The position numbers and the translations under genes are program-made. A stretch of DNA of 64,000 nt from an uncultured virus (IMG/VR IMGVR_UViG_3300021093_000051) (taxonomy: Duplodnaviria > Heunggongvirae > Uroviricota > Caudoviricetes), in the IMG/VR virus record IMGVR_UViG_3300021093_000051, positions 1 to 64,000 of that record; one strand, written 5' to 3'. Positions 1 through 11,683 of this stretch are shown here, piece by piece; the first letter of the stretch is position 1, and each line of letters starts with the position of its first letter. Under the pieces are notes generated by a model. The model was given only the letters and a program-made list of their open reading frames with translations. It was not told the DNA's origin and did no database searches.

Positions 1-2374
1 AAGTTGAACCGGCACCGCCTTGTCGTAATTGTACTTGCATCGAACTTGTACTCACATTAATTGAAGGATGATTTAGAGCAAGCTGCGCTCTAGTATAAGG
101 AGGCCCACCGCCAGAAGATCCACTTGAAGCATAACTTACTGAAAAGCCAGTAGGTAACGTATCCAAATCAATAAAGTATGCTCCTAAATGAATGTTATGA
201 TTGAATCCGAATCTAATAAGTCCATGCCAAACGTTTTTAACGTATTGTGTGCTTGCATTATCGTCATTGATTGAGACGGAACCGTTAAACCTAGACGCAC
301 CTTCTGCGTAGTTATCAGTTGCACCAACTACATGATAACCATACGTTTTTCCTCCAGCCGGGCGAGCTGTTCCCATTGTGATTTTAGAACCATATGAAGC
401 ATTAGGATGGAGTAAGCCGGTCGTATTTACATTAATTAGCTGACCAACAAGATCACTAGATGGTGAACTTGTTGAATTTACTTGTATGCTGGTTACGCTA
501 CCGTAAGTTATGCCTTGAGCATTAGCAAGAGGTTGCTCAATTGTTGTCTGGGTACCTCGAATTTCAGTAGTAGCATTCGGTAAATAATCAGTGATCTCTA
601 TTTGATTACCTCTAATTGTTCCTCCACTTCCCGAACTTAAATCTGGTGCAAGTTGAAAATAATTACCAAATACTTGTCTACTTGATCCAAGAAAATCCGA
701 AGAACTATCTAGCTGTATCCTATTTCCATAGAAATTTCCATTATGTGATATGTTGGTAGCTAAAGTTAAATCTAAATCTATTCCTGTAAAATTTCCATTG
801 ATAGTTGATGTGCCAGTAAAAGAGGTTGAGCTTCCTTTAAAACTGCTCATGGTATTAGTTCCAGTAAACTGAAGGTTATTACCTGTAAAAAGACTCATCT
901 TATTCGTTCCAGAAAATGCACTACTTTGTAAAACAACAGCTGGTGTGTGCGCTGAAAAAAGATCATTGATTGTGGTGGCATTGACTGCAAGAAAACCAAT
1001 GGATCCAAAAGAAAGATTATCAAGCTGAGAAAGAGAAACTATTTTTAGTGCAGCAGAGCCAGTTTCGTAAATGTGATGAGTTGTATTAGCATCTGGTGTA
1101 GCTATCCCTATTCCTACTTTACCCTCAACGATCAGTCCATTTGCTGGAGCAGTCAGGTCCTCAAATCCTGAACCGATTGCTAGCCCGTCTACTACGTTAG
1201 CATCACCATTGATGAATGCTCCTTTATTAAGAAGAATCACACCGTCTACGCCAGAGTTTGAATCTAACATAAGATGATTCTTGCCGCTAAGCTTAGCGTT
1301 TAAGCTTGAATAGTCTAGAGCCAAACCTAGAGTCGCATTGATAGATGAATTAGTAGTCGAAACATGAATACCGTCGGCTACGATATGCGTGTGAGCTGGA
1401 CTACGCTCGACAATGGCGTCAGCCGATGCTAACACTACCGATAACTCTTCTCTTATTGGAGACATGCCCTCATTATTCCACTTAGGAAATAGGAACTCAA
1501 ACGCTCCATTCTGATCGATGTCTAAAATAGATTGGCTCTCAGTATAGGATAGAGAAAATCTTGCAGTATTGATCCATGAATTGGTCGCCGGTAAATACGG
1601 AGGTAATATCGGATCGATATATTGTTTGTAAAACTTTACCTTTAGGTTATGTTTAAGGTCGCTGTATTTAATGGTACCGATCGGAATCACGTCGTTGTCC
1701 ATATAGAGAGAACCGAGTTCAAGATGATATCGACCGGTCTGTGCCTTTCCTGAAAGCTGAGTATCTTCGTGTGCAGGAACAATGGATAATAAAGAATTGT
1801 ACTGAGATTGACCTAAGGTCGGATAAAGCAGATCCGCTTCATCAAAATTATTTAAGAACAATATATTATTTAACGAAGTATTTGCCGCTCCTCTAGTAGT
1901 ATCGACTAGCGAGTTATCACGTTTATCAAATAGGATAAACTTATTAACGGCAGTTGAACCAGGATTCTGGGTAGTAGTGACTGTCTCAAATGGAACGGAC
2001 GATAAGCTAGTAAGATATGCGTTTACGATGGCTGCAATGCTTACGACTTGTGTCCAAATACTGGTTCCATCATCGTATTTCCACACTTGAAAGACGTTGG
2101 ACGTCTGATCAAGATAGAGATCGCCATCGATCAATCCGGTAAAAGTAAGAGTGTTTGGATCTCCAGAATCAACCCACCAAGTAGCTCCACGATCTCCTTG
2201 CGGACCGAGCAGTCCGACTGGTCCGGCTGGACCCTGTGGGCCAGTTAGTCCGATTGGGCCAGGCGAACCTACTCCAAGCTCAAGTAATTTATTATAATTG
2301 AAGTTTAACTTATCAACTAGTATTTCTTGAGGGTCTGATGAAAATATTTCCTTTAGGTTTATTCTAATTGGCAT
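1..2374 (-). CDS. Tail fibre/structural protein with N-terminal collagen-like repeat (partial, runs off the window start)
   Basis: Not in the ORF track because it has no stop in the window. ATG at 2374, 1 nt after the TAA of the upstream gene. Translates MPIRINLKEIFSSDPQEILVDKLNFNYNKLLELGVGSPGPIGLTGPQGPAGPVGLLGPQGDRG; the same frame is open at the window start (...SMQVQLRQGGAGST). Confidence 0.75.
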   Translation of the reverse strand, partial: MPIRINLKEIFSSDPQEILVDKLNFNYNKLLELGVGSPGPIGLTGPQGPAGPVGLLGPQGDRGATWWVDSGDPNTLTFTGLIDGDLYLDQTSNVFQVWKYDDGTSIWTQVVSIAAIVNAYLTSLSSVPFETVTTTQNPGSTAVNKFILFDKRDNSLVDTTRGAANTSLNNILFLNNFDEADLLYPTLGQSQYNSLLSIVPAHEDTQLSGKAQTGRYHLELGSLYMDNDVIPIGTIKYSDLKHNLKVKFYKQYIDPILPPYLPATNSWINTARFSLSYTESQSILDIDQNGAFEFLFPKWNNEGMSPIREELSVVLASADAIVERSPAHTHIVADGIHVSTTNSSINATLGLALDYSSLNAKLSGKNHLMLDSNSGVDGVILLNKGAFINGDANVVDGLAIGSGFEDLTAPANGLIVEGKVGIGIATPDANTTHHIYETGSAALKIVSLSQLDNLSFGSIGFLAVNATTINDLFSAHTPAVVLQSSAFSGTNKMSLFTGNNLQFTGTNTMSSFKGSSTSFTGTSTINGNFTGIDLDLTLATNISHNGNFYGNRIQLDSSSDFLGSSRQVFGNYFQLAPDLSSGSGGTIRGNQIEITDYLPNATTEIRGTQTTIEQPLANAQGITYGSVTSIQVNSTSSPSSDLVGQLINVNTTGLLHPNASYGSKITMGTARPAGGKTYGYHVVGATDNYAEGASRFNGSVSINDDNASTQYVKNVWHGLIRFGFNHNIHLGAYFIDLDTLPTGFSVSYASSGSSGGGPPYTRAQLALNHPSINVSTSSMQVQLRQGGAGST

Positions 2375-2375
2375 A

Positions 2376-5300
2376 TTAGATGAATTTAATTTTTATCTTT
2401 GGACTTATCGATAGACCTGAACCCGGTTTCTTTAAGAAACTAAATTGAAGTATCAACTTATCTTTTTTATTTATTTGCAATGACTTTAGTATCTCGTATC
2501 CTTGAGTAAAGCGTTTCTTGTCGTCTAGGAACACGAATTCTATTGCATTGGGATTTGAACTAGCTTGTTGATTGGTTGCAACCAGTGAGGCGTCTTCCTT
2601 TGCATACAAGGCATTTATATCAATATCATACAACTTTAAGATATTAAGTTTTATGTATTCTCTGACGTATGAAGAAACATTTATGTCAGGATCTGATATG
2701 TTGGTAAAATTACCGATGTATTGGTTTGAGTTTATCAAGTACTCATTGAATTTTTCAGCGATGCCGTCTTCGATCAGGAATCGAGTAAGCACGTTATTTA
2801 CGTTAATGATTCCTTCAACCGCGGTCGGAGTCTCCTTCGCAACGATCTCAACTTTAGAAACGTCGACTGATTTGAACTCTACTGAAGGATCTATGAATTG
2901 AATCTTAAAATCATTAAGTTCTATGATCTCAGGCAGAGTGATCAATTTAGCTAAGAATGAATCGTCCTCCTCTATTCGTAGTGCTCCAGAAACCGGCGAG
3001 TACTGCTCTTTGTTTGAATATCGATAATGAAAGCCCCAGTCCCAGTTTCCTCTAAGTAAGAAATAATCTGCTTGACCAATTGCTACTTCGCTGATTTTAG
3101 GATAGATCGGTAAGTATGATTCGTCTGATTCTAGCACTAGGACTTGAGTGTCTGCAACCTTGATATGATTGAAGTTTTGGATAGTCAATAGATTTGAGAT
3201 ATCTGAATTTATCTTAGTGTTACTTAATGAAAGGTCATTGATTAGATTCTTTTTAAATTTATAGTTTGATTTATACACTGAGTAGTTTCGAATGATTGGC
3301 TCGTATTCTCCTTTGTATCGATTTAATTCGTATTTTACAGGAAGATTTGCGACTTCATAGTCAGTGCCGATTTCTTCCTGACCAGAAAACTGAATAGGAA
3401 TGCTTGTTGTATAATTGGTGATCAGCTGATTTTGCTTTTCAATTGAGCTTAAGTCTAGAATTTCTAGATAAAAATTAGGATCAGTATTAAGTACTGAAGT
3501 ACCGGTTTGATCAAGAGAATACGATGAGTATTCTATGATAATATCTAGAGAATTAACGTATTGTTTAAACTTAGCAAAGGATATTTTTTCAAATAACTTT
3601 TCAAAGTAGCCTTCTCCACCAGTTAAAACTTTAAATACAAAGTTTTGATTGATGAATGCGGATGTGCTAGTTGGTAAAATTCCATATATAGTTAAGGAGG
3701 GTAGAACAAGCCCTACGTTATAATTGATTCCATCATAGTGGACAAACTTTTCTAAAGAATAGTCAATTGGATTAATTAACGGAACAGTCGGCACGAACCC
3801 AACAAACCCACACATAAAAAGATCAAAATTAGTGCTAAGGTCCTTCATAAAAACTAGGGTCGAGCTCTTAGGATTGATGATGTCATCAGTAAGAGAACCT
3901 AAATAATTTGGAGTATTTAGATTGGGCAGGGCCTTTATCGTGTAATCTGAACCGTTAAATCCAGTAGAACTAAAGTTGAGCTTGGTTCCCATCTTAACGT
4001 TTGAAAAGGAATCAAGTACAGTGTTGTATTTTTTATTCTTTAGAGAATAGAGTAGGGTGTGAGTTAGGTTAGATACTTGACCGAATTGAATTCGATAATC
4101 TCCGTTAATGCTATCATAATATTCGGTTAGAAAAGGAGTCAATGCAACAAAGTTTGATGGACTTACTTGAGTGGTGCCAGATAAGGTGGAATCCAGCCAA
4201 TAGCCGTCTATTTCAGAAAGGTTTCCTATGTAAACTTCAATGATGACTACGATAAATCGATAATCAGTGTGTTCGATCACTCGATATCTAATTGGCGGTT
4301 CATCATTAGAATTAATGTCCTCCATTATCGGCTTTAAGATACAGCTAAATCGGTATCCCTCAAATCGAGTAGTTATTTCCTTGGCCACAGGCTTACCGTC
4401 CGACCCTAGGACATCTGGATCAGTCACGTCCTTAAACGTTAGTTTAAATCCTTTGAAAAAAGCCTCGTATTGATCAGCTGAATTCTTGTACACCTGAGCA
4501 TATCTAAATTGAGTGTCAGCAACTTCTTTTCCAGTAGCAGAAGTTGGAGTATAGGTAAAATAATTGATGAAATAGTCTGGATCAGAAAGAAGGGCTACTT
4601 CATCTAATGGAGTCTCAAAGTAATTTGTGTTTTGAGCTATTAAAGTCTCATCGTTAGTATAGTTAAATTCGCTCTCAATATAGAACCATTCATGGGTAAA
4701 ATTAATTGGATTTTGAGATCGATCAATATGATCTGGTGAAAAGTTATTTCTACCAAAGATCAATTCAGTATTTAAACGATATGGATTATCTCTAGAATCT
4801 CGACCGTTCTTGATTCCCCATTTAGTAATATATGGAATGATTTTGGATCTTAGCGCAAAGTCCAAGCTCTCATTTTCTTTATAATAATCATATTCCGTTT
4901 CAGTAAGACCGTTTAAGTATTTTGTTCTTAGTTCATACTCGTTACTTGTATCTTGAGATACTACTTTACTTGGGTCTTTTAAGATAGAAAAACCCTCAAA
5001 ACCTTTAAGCTCTTTGTTTGCATCATTGATTGGAATGGCTGAGCTTGTAGTAGAAGGATCGAATGTTACAAGCGGTGAGCCACTCACTGTTGAATAGTGA
5101 GTAGTAGTAGAAACGCTAAAACTGGATCCGGCTAAATATGTGGTTCCTTCAGTTAAGATTGATCCATTATACACGATATAATCTATTCCTGGTTCAAGTA
5201 TCGTCTTGCCTTCTGGAATAAAATAATGCTGATAAAGATCAATGTTTGGAAAGTTTGTATAAGTACTTGAATAAAAATCAAGATCAAGATCCTTAATCAT

Positions 5301-8066
5301 ATAGAATGATAAAAGACCAAAGGAAGGTCTAAACTTAGGCTTCATTAAGAACTCCTTATTTAAGATCGTCGGAGTTTCGTTTTCATCTAGGACGACTGCT
5401 ATTTTATTATCGTAATTAGATAGAGTCTTTGATCTTAACGCTGGTGTAGTAGAATTAGTCTCCGTGATCTCATCCACCCATTGAGAAACTTTTCTAATCT
5501 TTGACCAGCTATCTGAAGATTTTACTAGGATTGAATCGAAGTTTGCTTCTATTTTACTAAGGTGGCCGGCATCAATGATGAGCCTATTTCCAGCCTCCTT
5601 TGATCCTCCCATAAAAGAAAAGGTGGAACCGATTAGAGAATTTCCAGTATAGATCGAATTAATCGTGATTACTGAGTATTCGTTTACTGGAGAAAAGAAG
5701 GAAACTTTGTGTAACTGATCAAAGTCACCTGGTGAATTGGCTTTGATAAATACTCGGTCGTCGTATTGATATGCCGTGAAGGTTCGATTTCTAATACCGT
5801 TGATACAGCCGGTCAGAGCGCTTGCTATTTGACTTGCTGTCCCTCCGCCATTCATGTAGAACTCATCGTATCCAAGTATGTTATCATAATCATTATAGAC
5901 ATAATATTCTCCTGGATTAGGAATCAGTGGGTATAGTTGAGTTGAGATAATCAGGTCAAACTTACCTATTGAATCTATTTGGGTTCCGTTTGGATGATAG
6001 ATCTTGATTTCATCATAGTTATCTAGTGAGGCATTAATCACTGATGCGATAGTTATAGTCGCATCACTGTTACCTCCATCTATAGTAACGATATCGCCGA
6101 CTTGATAACCAGAGCCAGGGTAATTTACTGCAACTGATAGTATTCCGCCTGACCCATTATCTGTGACATCAAGAGTTAGACCAGACCCACTTCCACCAGT
6201 CGTAGTAACACCGGTCGCACTAGTATAACTTGTTCCAGGTGAAGAAAGATTAATTAGGTCAGCTCGACCCGCGTAATTTATTTTTATTACCGCGTGTGAA
6301 TGTCCAGGAACTCGAGTTGCAGCCCCTAAGTCTTGTAGAAAATTATTTCGACTTTGTCCAAAAAATAGGCCTAGATCAATTTTAGTATTTGCAAACCTAA
6401 ACTGACCGGTTGAGAGCTCTTTTCTGCATGTACCAAGAGCAGTACCATTAGTTGGGCTAGTCTCTACCCGGTATTCAAAATTATCGGTATCGACAACTGT
6501 TATTAGGTATTCACCCTCATACGCTACATCAGAAGATGAAATGATTACGATATCACCTGTCGAGTATCCATGGGATAATATATTAGCATTAACTGTGGTA
6601 TTACTTAAGACGAATGATACTTGTAGGACTGCATCAAATCCTCCACTGTTTACTGTGATAAGATCTCCACCTGAATAGTTTACACCTCCATTGACGATTA
6701 CGATTGAGGCAATTCCGCCAAATCCATCGTCAGTTAGATTAACAATTAGGCCAGATCCTCCTCCAGTCAGTGCAGTAGTAGTTACGTTATTTTGAGTAGA
6801 ATAACCAGATCCAATTGAATTGACAGACACTAATTCTACCGCATTAAATATGGTTAGGGATAGGTTTACTGGTGTATGATTTGAATAGTCTATCACAAAA
6901 GGATCAGATAATTTAGGCATGTATAAATTAGAATCCTTATCGCTAATATAATTTATAAAAAGACTATCTGAATCGACGAATGTTCTACTAAATTCAGAAA
7001 CATTTATTTCTGAACTCTTATACGGAACGATGACTCCATCTGGATTAGACTGAGTAAGGAATACTTCATCTGTCTCTAAGAATCTTTTTCTAAAGTGTGG
7101 ATCGTTTTCCCAAGTACCGCGATTTAAGTATGCTCGATCCAAGTCGATATCTAATTTAGTAAGCTCAATCGCATTAACATATACTCCTAAATATCGATTA
7201 AAATCATATTTGTTTGAACTATCGTCATTAAATACAAATTCTAAATTTAAGATGTTTGGAAAGATCACCCCGTTTCTTGAAAACCCATTGGTGATATTTT
7301 CTTCAAAAAACTTTAGTGGCTGAGATGAAGTATAAAAGTTATTTAATGATTCGCCTCTGCTTCCAAATATTCCCTCATTTATCAATATTCCATTCCACGT
7401 GGTAAATTCGCCCTCTTCATAGAGAACGGTGAGCGGACTTGTTGGAAAATTTACGTTATTTATGTAATCCCTTAGGTATTTTCCAGGAGTAGTCTCTGCC
7501 CTAAGATCAAATGTCTGGATGATGGATGCTTTATTGAATAAGTCGATTAAATATTCGGTCTTGGTCTCTCCAGCATCATATTTTTGTTTTACTTGATCAA
7601 GAGGAAAATTAGCTGGGTCGTTTATCTTAAATATGATGAAATAATCAGGTACCTCTTCTTTAAGATAAAGCGGTGCAAAATACGACATTCGTTCAGTATA
7701 CTTGTTTGAAGCTAAGTATTTTACGCCACTAAAATAGTGAGAAAAATCGTACTGATCCTTAAAGTTCTTGGAAGTCTTAGTTGAATCTACTTGTTCATTA
7801 AGATCAAAGATAATCTCATTTGGAGTAGATCCATTATTAAAAAATCTAAGAATGTTTGCAGGATGAGACTGAGTAACATTAATCGGAACTTTAGAATAGA
7901 GATCCTTTGAGAGTTCAGGGTTAGCTTTTATTGATTCTAGCCACATGTAACCCGAATCATTTATCGCGATCTTAACATTTCCAGTAAGCTTGGGATTGGT
8001 CCTAACTAATTGAAAACTACTATCTTCAGTTAATAACTTAACGTAGTTTATGTCGCGATTACTCAT
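2376..8066 (-). CDS. Large virion structural protein (baseplate/tail-associated), 1896 aa, with two GSGY-type beta-rich modules
   Basis: Long ORF in a minus-strand late operon; two ~65-aa G(S/T)GY...GGxGxGL...GD(L/I)(I/V)T repeats. Confidence 0.6.
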   Translation of the reverse strand: MSNRDINYVKLLTEDSSFQLVRTNPKLTGNVKIAINDSGYMWLESIKANPELSKDLYSKVPINVTQSHPANILRFFNNGSTPNEIIFDLNEQVDSTKTSKNFKDQYDFSHYFSGVKYLASNKYTERMSYFAPLYLKEEVPDYFIIFKINDPANFPLDQVKQKYDAGETKTEYLIDLFNKASIIQTFDLRAETTPGKYLRDYINNVNFPTSPLTVLYEEGEFTTWNGILINEGIFGSRGESLNNFYTSSQPLKFFEENITNGFSRNGVIFPNILNLEFVFNDDSSNKYDFNRYLGVYVNAIELTKLDIDLDRAYLNRGTWENDPHFRKRFLETDEVFLTQSNPDGVIVPYKSSEINVSEFSRTFVDSDSLFINYISDKDSNLYMPKLSDPFVIDYSNHTPVNLSLTIFNAVELVSVNSIGSGYSTQNNVTTTALTGGGSGLIVNLTDDGFGGIASIVIVNGGVNYSGGDLITVNSGGFDAVLQVSFVLSNTTVNANILSHGYSTGDIVIISSSDVAYEGEYLITVVDTDNFEYRVETSPTNGTALGTCRKELSTGQFRFANTKIDLGLFFGQSRNNFLQDLGAATRVPGHSHAVIKINYAGRADLINLSSPGTSYTSATGVTTTGGSGSGLTLDVTDNGSGGILSVAVNYPGSGYQVGDIVTIDGGNSDATITIASVINASLDNYDEIKIYHPNGTQIDSIGKFDLIISTQLYPLIPNPGEYYVYNDYDNILGYDEFYMNGGGTASQIASALTGCINGIRNRTFTAYQYDDRVFIKANSPGDFDQLHKVSFFSPVNEYSVITINSIYTGNSLIGSTFSFMGGSKEAGNRLIIDAGHLSKIEANFDSILVKSSDSWSKIRKVSQWVDEITETNSTTPALRSKTLSNYDNKIAVVLDENETPTILNKEFLMKPKFRPSFGLLSFYMIKDLDLDFYSSTYTNFPNIDLYQHYFIPEGKTILEPGIDYIVYNGSILTEGTTYLAGSSFSVSTTTHYSTVSGSPLVTFDPSTTSSAIPINDANKELKGFEGFSILKDPSKVVSQDTSNEYELRTKYLNGLTETEYDYYKENESLDFALRSKIIPYITKWGIKNGRDSRDNPYRLNTELIFGRNNFSPDHIDRSQNPINFTHEWFYIESEFNYTNDETLIAQNTNYFETPLDEVALLSDPDYFINYFTYTPTSATGKEVADTQFRYAQVYKNSADQYEAFFKGFKLTFKDVTDPDVLGSDGKPVAKEITTRFEGYRFSCILKPIMEDINSNDEPPIRYRVIEHTDYRFIVVIIEVYIGNLSEIDGYWLDSTLSGTTQVSPSNFVALTPFLTEYYDSINGDYRIQFGQVSNLTHTLLYSLKNKKYNTVLDSFSNVKMGTKLNFSSTGFNGSDYTIKALPNLNTPNYLGSLTDDIINPKSSTLVFMKDLSTNFDLFMCGFVGFVPTVPLINPIDYSLEKFVHYDGINYNVGLVLPSLTIYGILPTSTSAFINQNFVFKVLTGGEGYFEKLFEKISFAKFKQYVNSLDIIIEYSSYSLDQTGTSVLNTDPNFYLEILDLSSIEKQNQLITNYTTSIPIQFSGQEEIGTDYEVANLPVKYELNRYKGEYEPIIRNYSVYKSNYKFKKNLINDLSLSNTKINSDISNLLTIQNFNHIKVADTQVLVLESDESYLPIYPKISEVAIGQADYFLLRGNWDWGFHYRYSNKEQYSPVSGALRIEEDDSFLAKLITLPEIIELNDFKIQFIDPSVEFKSVDVSKVEIVAKETPTAVEGIINVNNVLTRFLIEDGIAEKFNEYLINSNQYIGNFTNISDPDINVSSYVREYIKLNILKLYDIDINALYAKEDASLVATNQQASSNPNAIEFVFLDDKKRFTQGYEILKSLQINKKDKLILQFSFLKKPGSGLSISPKIKIKFI

Positions 8067-8084
8067 ATTGATATATGCTCATTT

Positions 8085-11000
8085 TTAGAAGCTAGAAACT
8101 TTTCCTTTACTTTGAACTAGCGGTGCATCTAGAGTAGTCTCTTTGATATATTGTGCGCTTACTTGTAGATCAAATGAAAAAGGTGCATAGTCTTTTAGGA
8201 TGATGTCAATTCCTAATTTCTTTGAATATTTTATATTAGTTAAAGCGTCTCCGGTTCTTCTAAATCCTCCAATATATCCAAGTTTATCTGATGCTCTAAA
8301 TTGAAATAATACTGGGATATTTAAAGCATTCTCTGGACCAAACTTGACTGTTTTAGTTGATCTGGCTGGAAAGTTTCCTTCAACTGATACTGATTCATAA
8401 TTAGTTGGATACATGTAAAGATAAGCTCCACATGTATATTTTCCAATAAGATATTCATCATTCTTGGTAAAACCTAACTTGATCGGATAGTGAGAATCGT
8501 TTTTACCAGAAATAGTTGTATTATCTGATGGAGTCAATGGTGTAACTCGACTTGCTTGTTTATAGTATTCAACACTATATGCATTTGTTACTTCAGACAC
8601 AGCAGTCTCAAAATGAAGTGCATGAGCAAAGGGTAAATATTTTTGAAAGTCAGCAGCCGTAATGGAAGTACCAGCATTGAAATCTGGCCTAAATACTTCT
8701 GCGATATTTGCTACTGAAAATGACGGGCCACACAGAGTAGGAAGATCTGGGTGATCTTTACTTATACAAAATTCAGTAAGTCGACCGCCGCCGTTTGGAA
8801 CAGAGGAAGCATTAGTTGTTCCTGCCCATACCCTAGAATCAGTTGATGTCAATGGAATAGCAGTAGTTGGATTAAACGGTAGATAGTGACCCCAGTTTGC
8901 AGGAACAAATGACGTTGTTCCAACGGTTCGACCGCCATATGTATATGCTTGAGTATAATAAGGCACACTCGCATAAGTAGATGATGGAAAACTTGGTGAA
9001 TACATTTCCTCAGATAATCCATATTCTCTTACTCTAGAGTTAATGAATTGACTCTTTACTTGACCAGATTGTGTGCTGGCCTTTTGTTTAAAGTTAGAGA
9101 TTAATGGAACTGGATTTGAATTTACTCCAATTGGAACTATATCATATCTTCTATTTACATGATAATCATCATCCGGATATGCAGTAGGATTTGATGTAGT
9201 ATCGACTTCATTGATTCCTCCGAATAGAAGAGATATTAATTCAAGACTAGTAGCTGACGTATTTTGGATCGATATCGCATACTGCTTAGTTATGATTGCA
9301 CCTTCGTTATAGACAACAGTTCCGCCAGTCGTGTCTTTAATAAGATCTTTATAATATCCGGCAAATAATTGTATTGTATCTCCGTTTGCAACGTCTAATG
9401 AATTTCCATCAGAATCTATCACACTTACTTTGATTACACCACGATCAAGATTAATTGATTGTTGGATCGCATCCAAAGTAGTCTGTAAGCTTTTTAATTT
9501 TTGATATAAGTCTATTACATTTCCTTCATTAGTAAAGAATCCGCTAGAGATATCCTCGGCTATGTGAGAATAAAACTTATCACCAGACGTAAATTGATTA
9601 GCTAGATGATTGTCTAGACCTTTAGAATTTAAGCTGTTTTCAAAATCAAGCTTAGCCTTTTCAGTAAATGCTTTTTGTGAAGCTATCATACTGTCTTCTT
9701 GAGATTGAATGTTTTCTGGGAATCTTACTTGAATTACGTTTGACCATATAGATTCGGCCGCGTTGGAAGGCCAACCGGCTTCAGACAAAGATTTTACTTG
9801 AATCTCAACTAATTCTCCCTTTCTAATTGGTATGTTTAGCTGATTTGTGTTTACTACATCAGAATCAGTAAGAGTCTCTTCCGCCCATACATAGAGTCCA
9901 GTAGTCTCATCTAACACTTTTTGTCGAGGTTTTGTTAGTACTTCATTCCATGGAGAAAAAGTGGCAGTTTTAGTAGACCCATCAACATCAACGAATGACT
10001 GTTGTTGAGCATTGGGCTGAGTACCAGTTAAGCTTAAATATCGATATCGGTATTTGAATTGAACTACGTTTTGCGTCCCATACTTATCTAACTTAGGATT
10101 AGGTATCTGCCAAAATCCTCTAACTTCATACTTTTTATTAGTAACGAATTGTGGTGTAGTTGATAACTGTACTGTGATATTTGTAACTAGGGAGGTGAGA
10201 GCAGCAGTCTTTTCATTACGTGCAGTAAGGGATTCAGTAAGTTGCTTTTGTAAGCGCTTAGCCTCCTTTGGAGTCTTAGAAACAGTTGTGATGTTGGCTT
10301 TAATCGAATCAATCTTCTTATTTAATTCTTCGACCTCTTGTTGAAGAGCGGCTTTTTCCTTTACGTTATTATTTAATTCAGTTATGCTCGCATCATCTTG
10401 AATGTGTTGATCTATCTGGTATACTTTAAAACTAGTTTCATCTAGGACTGGAGCATCTGGCGTTATGGCTAAGATCGAAGGTAGGGTCTTTTCTTTAGCT
10501 AAGTTTAGAAGAATTAGTCCAAAGTCAGATACGAAATTGTTGTAATAATCAGCAAGAGTCGTAGTAGATTCATCTTGTAAAGGAATAGTCAACTCATTTG
10601 TATATAGAGCAAGCCCTTTAGAAAAATCATTGATTGTTAAGTTTTTAGATTTACTAACAGGCTTAATAAAGATTACTTCTCTTTCATTAAAACCAACGTT
10701 TACCTGTAACTCAGGTCGACGATACGGTACTGGTTTTAGCTTAAGCACGTCTGCACCTATCGTTAAAGGATCGTTTCCAAATATTCTTTCTAATACAACT
10801 TCAGTATCAGTAGAATTAATTGAGATAACTCGATACTCAGTGTCGTTTGCTGTGATTAAGACATCGCCTTCAGCTAGCGTCTTACTGTTCTGTACTCCAG
10901 ATAAAACATCTGTATAAACTAGTGTGCTTAATTTATATCGACGACGTAATGTAGAAACAGTTGCTCCACTATTTAGTGTCTGATTTCCTGTCTCTTCTAA

Positions 11001-11672
11001 TATATTTACGATATCGAATGTTCCTTGGAACCTATTGATTGACACTTCCATATCAACAACGGTATCGTCCTCAAAGAAATCGATCCCATTATCATTAAGC
11101 TCTTGTACTAGGCTTGAATATACAAGGTCATTTTGTCCTTTATAGTTTTCATCAAAAAATGCAGCAACATCATCATTGTTTACTGAGTTAACGATGATTC
11201 TCTTAACTATGAACTGATCAATATCCTCAGTTAATACTGACGAGATATCTAAGCTCACATAGAGTAGAGGATTTAGGAAAGACTCAAAAAACCAGTTATT
11301 TTTTACTTTAAATGAACTGGGAACAGTAAACGTAGAATTTTGAACGGTCTCAAGATCTTTAATTAATTGAGACGTCTTTTTTAATTCAAACTTTCTAAGA
11401 TCTCCGGTTGATGATTTTATTCCGATCACATCGCTATTTGCTGAGATCAAGGTATCGAATTTTGTGTTAATGTCTTCAATCTTACCCTTAAGATATCCAA
11501 AAGAGGGCACCGTGATATTAGTTGAAGTACCATCGACCTTGGTTTGGGACACAGTAACGTTTTCAGAACTTGATTCTAGAATATTCTGTAGACTAAATAA
11601 AAATTTATTCATGTTGTCAATGTCGACAACTAGTCTCTTTAAAACGTCAGATAGCGTATGTTTTGTTTCCAT
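8085..11672 (-). CDS. Virion structural protein with central coiled coil, 1195 aa
   Basis: Long ORF in the late operon; heptad segment ELNNNVKEKAALQQEVEELNKKIDSIK. Confidence 0.55.
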   Translation of the reverse strand: METKHTLSDVLKRLVVDIDNMNKFLFSLQNILESSSENVTVSQTKVDGTSTNITVPSFGYLKGKIEDINTKFDTLISANSDVIGIKSSTGDLRKFELKKTSQLIKDLETVQNSTFTVPSSFKVKNNWFFESFLNPLLYVSLDISSVLTEDIDQFIVKRIIVNSVNNDDVAAFFDENYKGQNDLVYSSLVQELNDNGIDFFEDDTVVDMEVSINRFQGTFDIVNILEETGNQTLNSGATVSTLRRRYKLSTLVYTDVLSGVQNSKTLAEGDVLITANDTEYRVISINSTDTEVVLERIFGNDPLTIGADVLKLKPVPYRRPELQVNVGFNEREVIFIKPVSKSKNLTINDFSKGLALYTNELTIPLQDESTTTLADYYNNFVSDFGLILLNLAKEKTLPSILAITPDAPVLDETSFKVYQIDQHIQDDASITELNNNVKEKAALQQEVEELNKKIDSIKANITTVSKTPKEAKRLQKQLTESLTARNEKTAALTSLVTNITVQLSTTPQFVTNKKYEVRGFWQIPNPKLDKYGTQNVVQFKYRYRYLSLTGTQPNAQQQSFVDVDGSTKTATFSPWNEVLTKPRQKVLDETTGLYVWAEETLTDSDVVNTNQLNIPIRKGELVEIQVKSLSEAGWPSNAAESIWSNVIQVRFPENIQSQEDSMIASQKAFTEKAKLDFENSLNSKGLDNHLANQFTSGDKFYSHIAEDISSGFFTNEGNVIDLYQKLKSLQTTLDAIQQSINLDRGVIKVSVIDSDGNSLDVANGDTIQLFAGYYKDLIKDTTGGTVVYNEGAIITKQYAISIQNTSATSLELISLLFGGINEVDTTSNPTAYPDDDYHVNRRYDIVPIGVNSNPVPLISNFKQKASTQSGQVKSQFINSRVREYGLSEEMYSPSFPSSTYASVPYYTQAYTYGGRTVGTTSFVPANWGHYLPFNPTTAIPLTSTDSRVWAGTTNASSVPNGGGRLTEFCISKDHPDLPTLCGPSFSVANIAEVFRPDFNAGTSITAADFQKYLPFAHALHFETAVSEVTNAYSVEYYKQASRVTPLTPSDNTTISGKNDSHYPIKLGFTKNDEYLIGKYTCGAYLYMYPTNYESVSVEGNFPARSTKTVKFGPENALNIPVLFQFRASDKLGYIGGFRRTGDALTNIKYSKKLGIDIILKDYAPFSFDLQVSAQYIKETTLDAPLVQSKGKVSSF

Positions 11673-11683
11673 GTATTCTTATG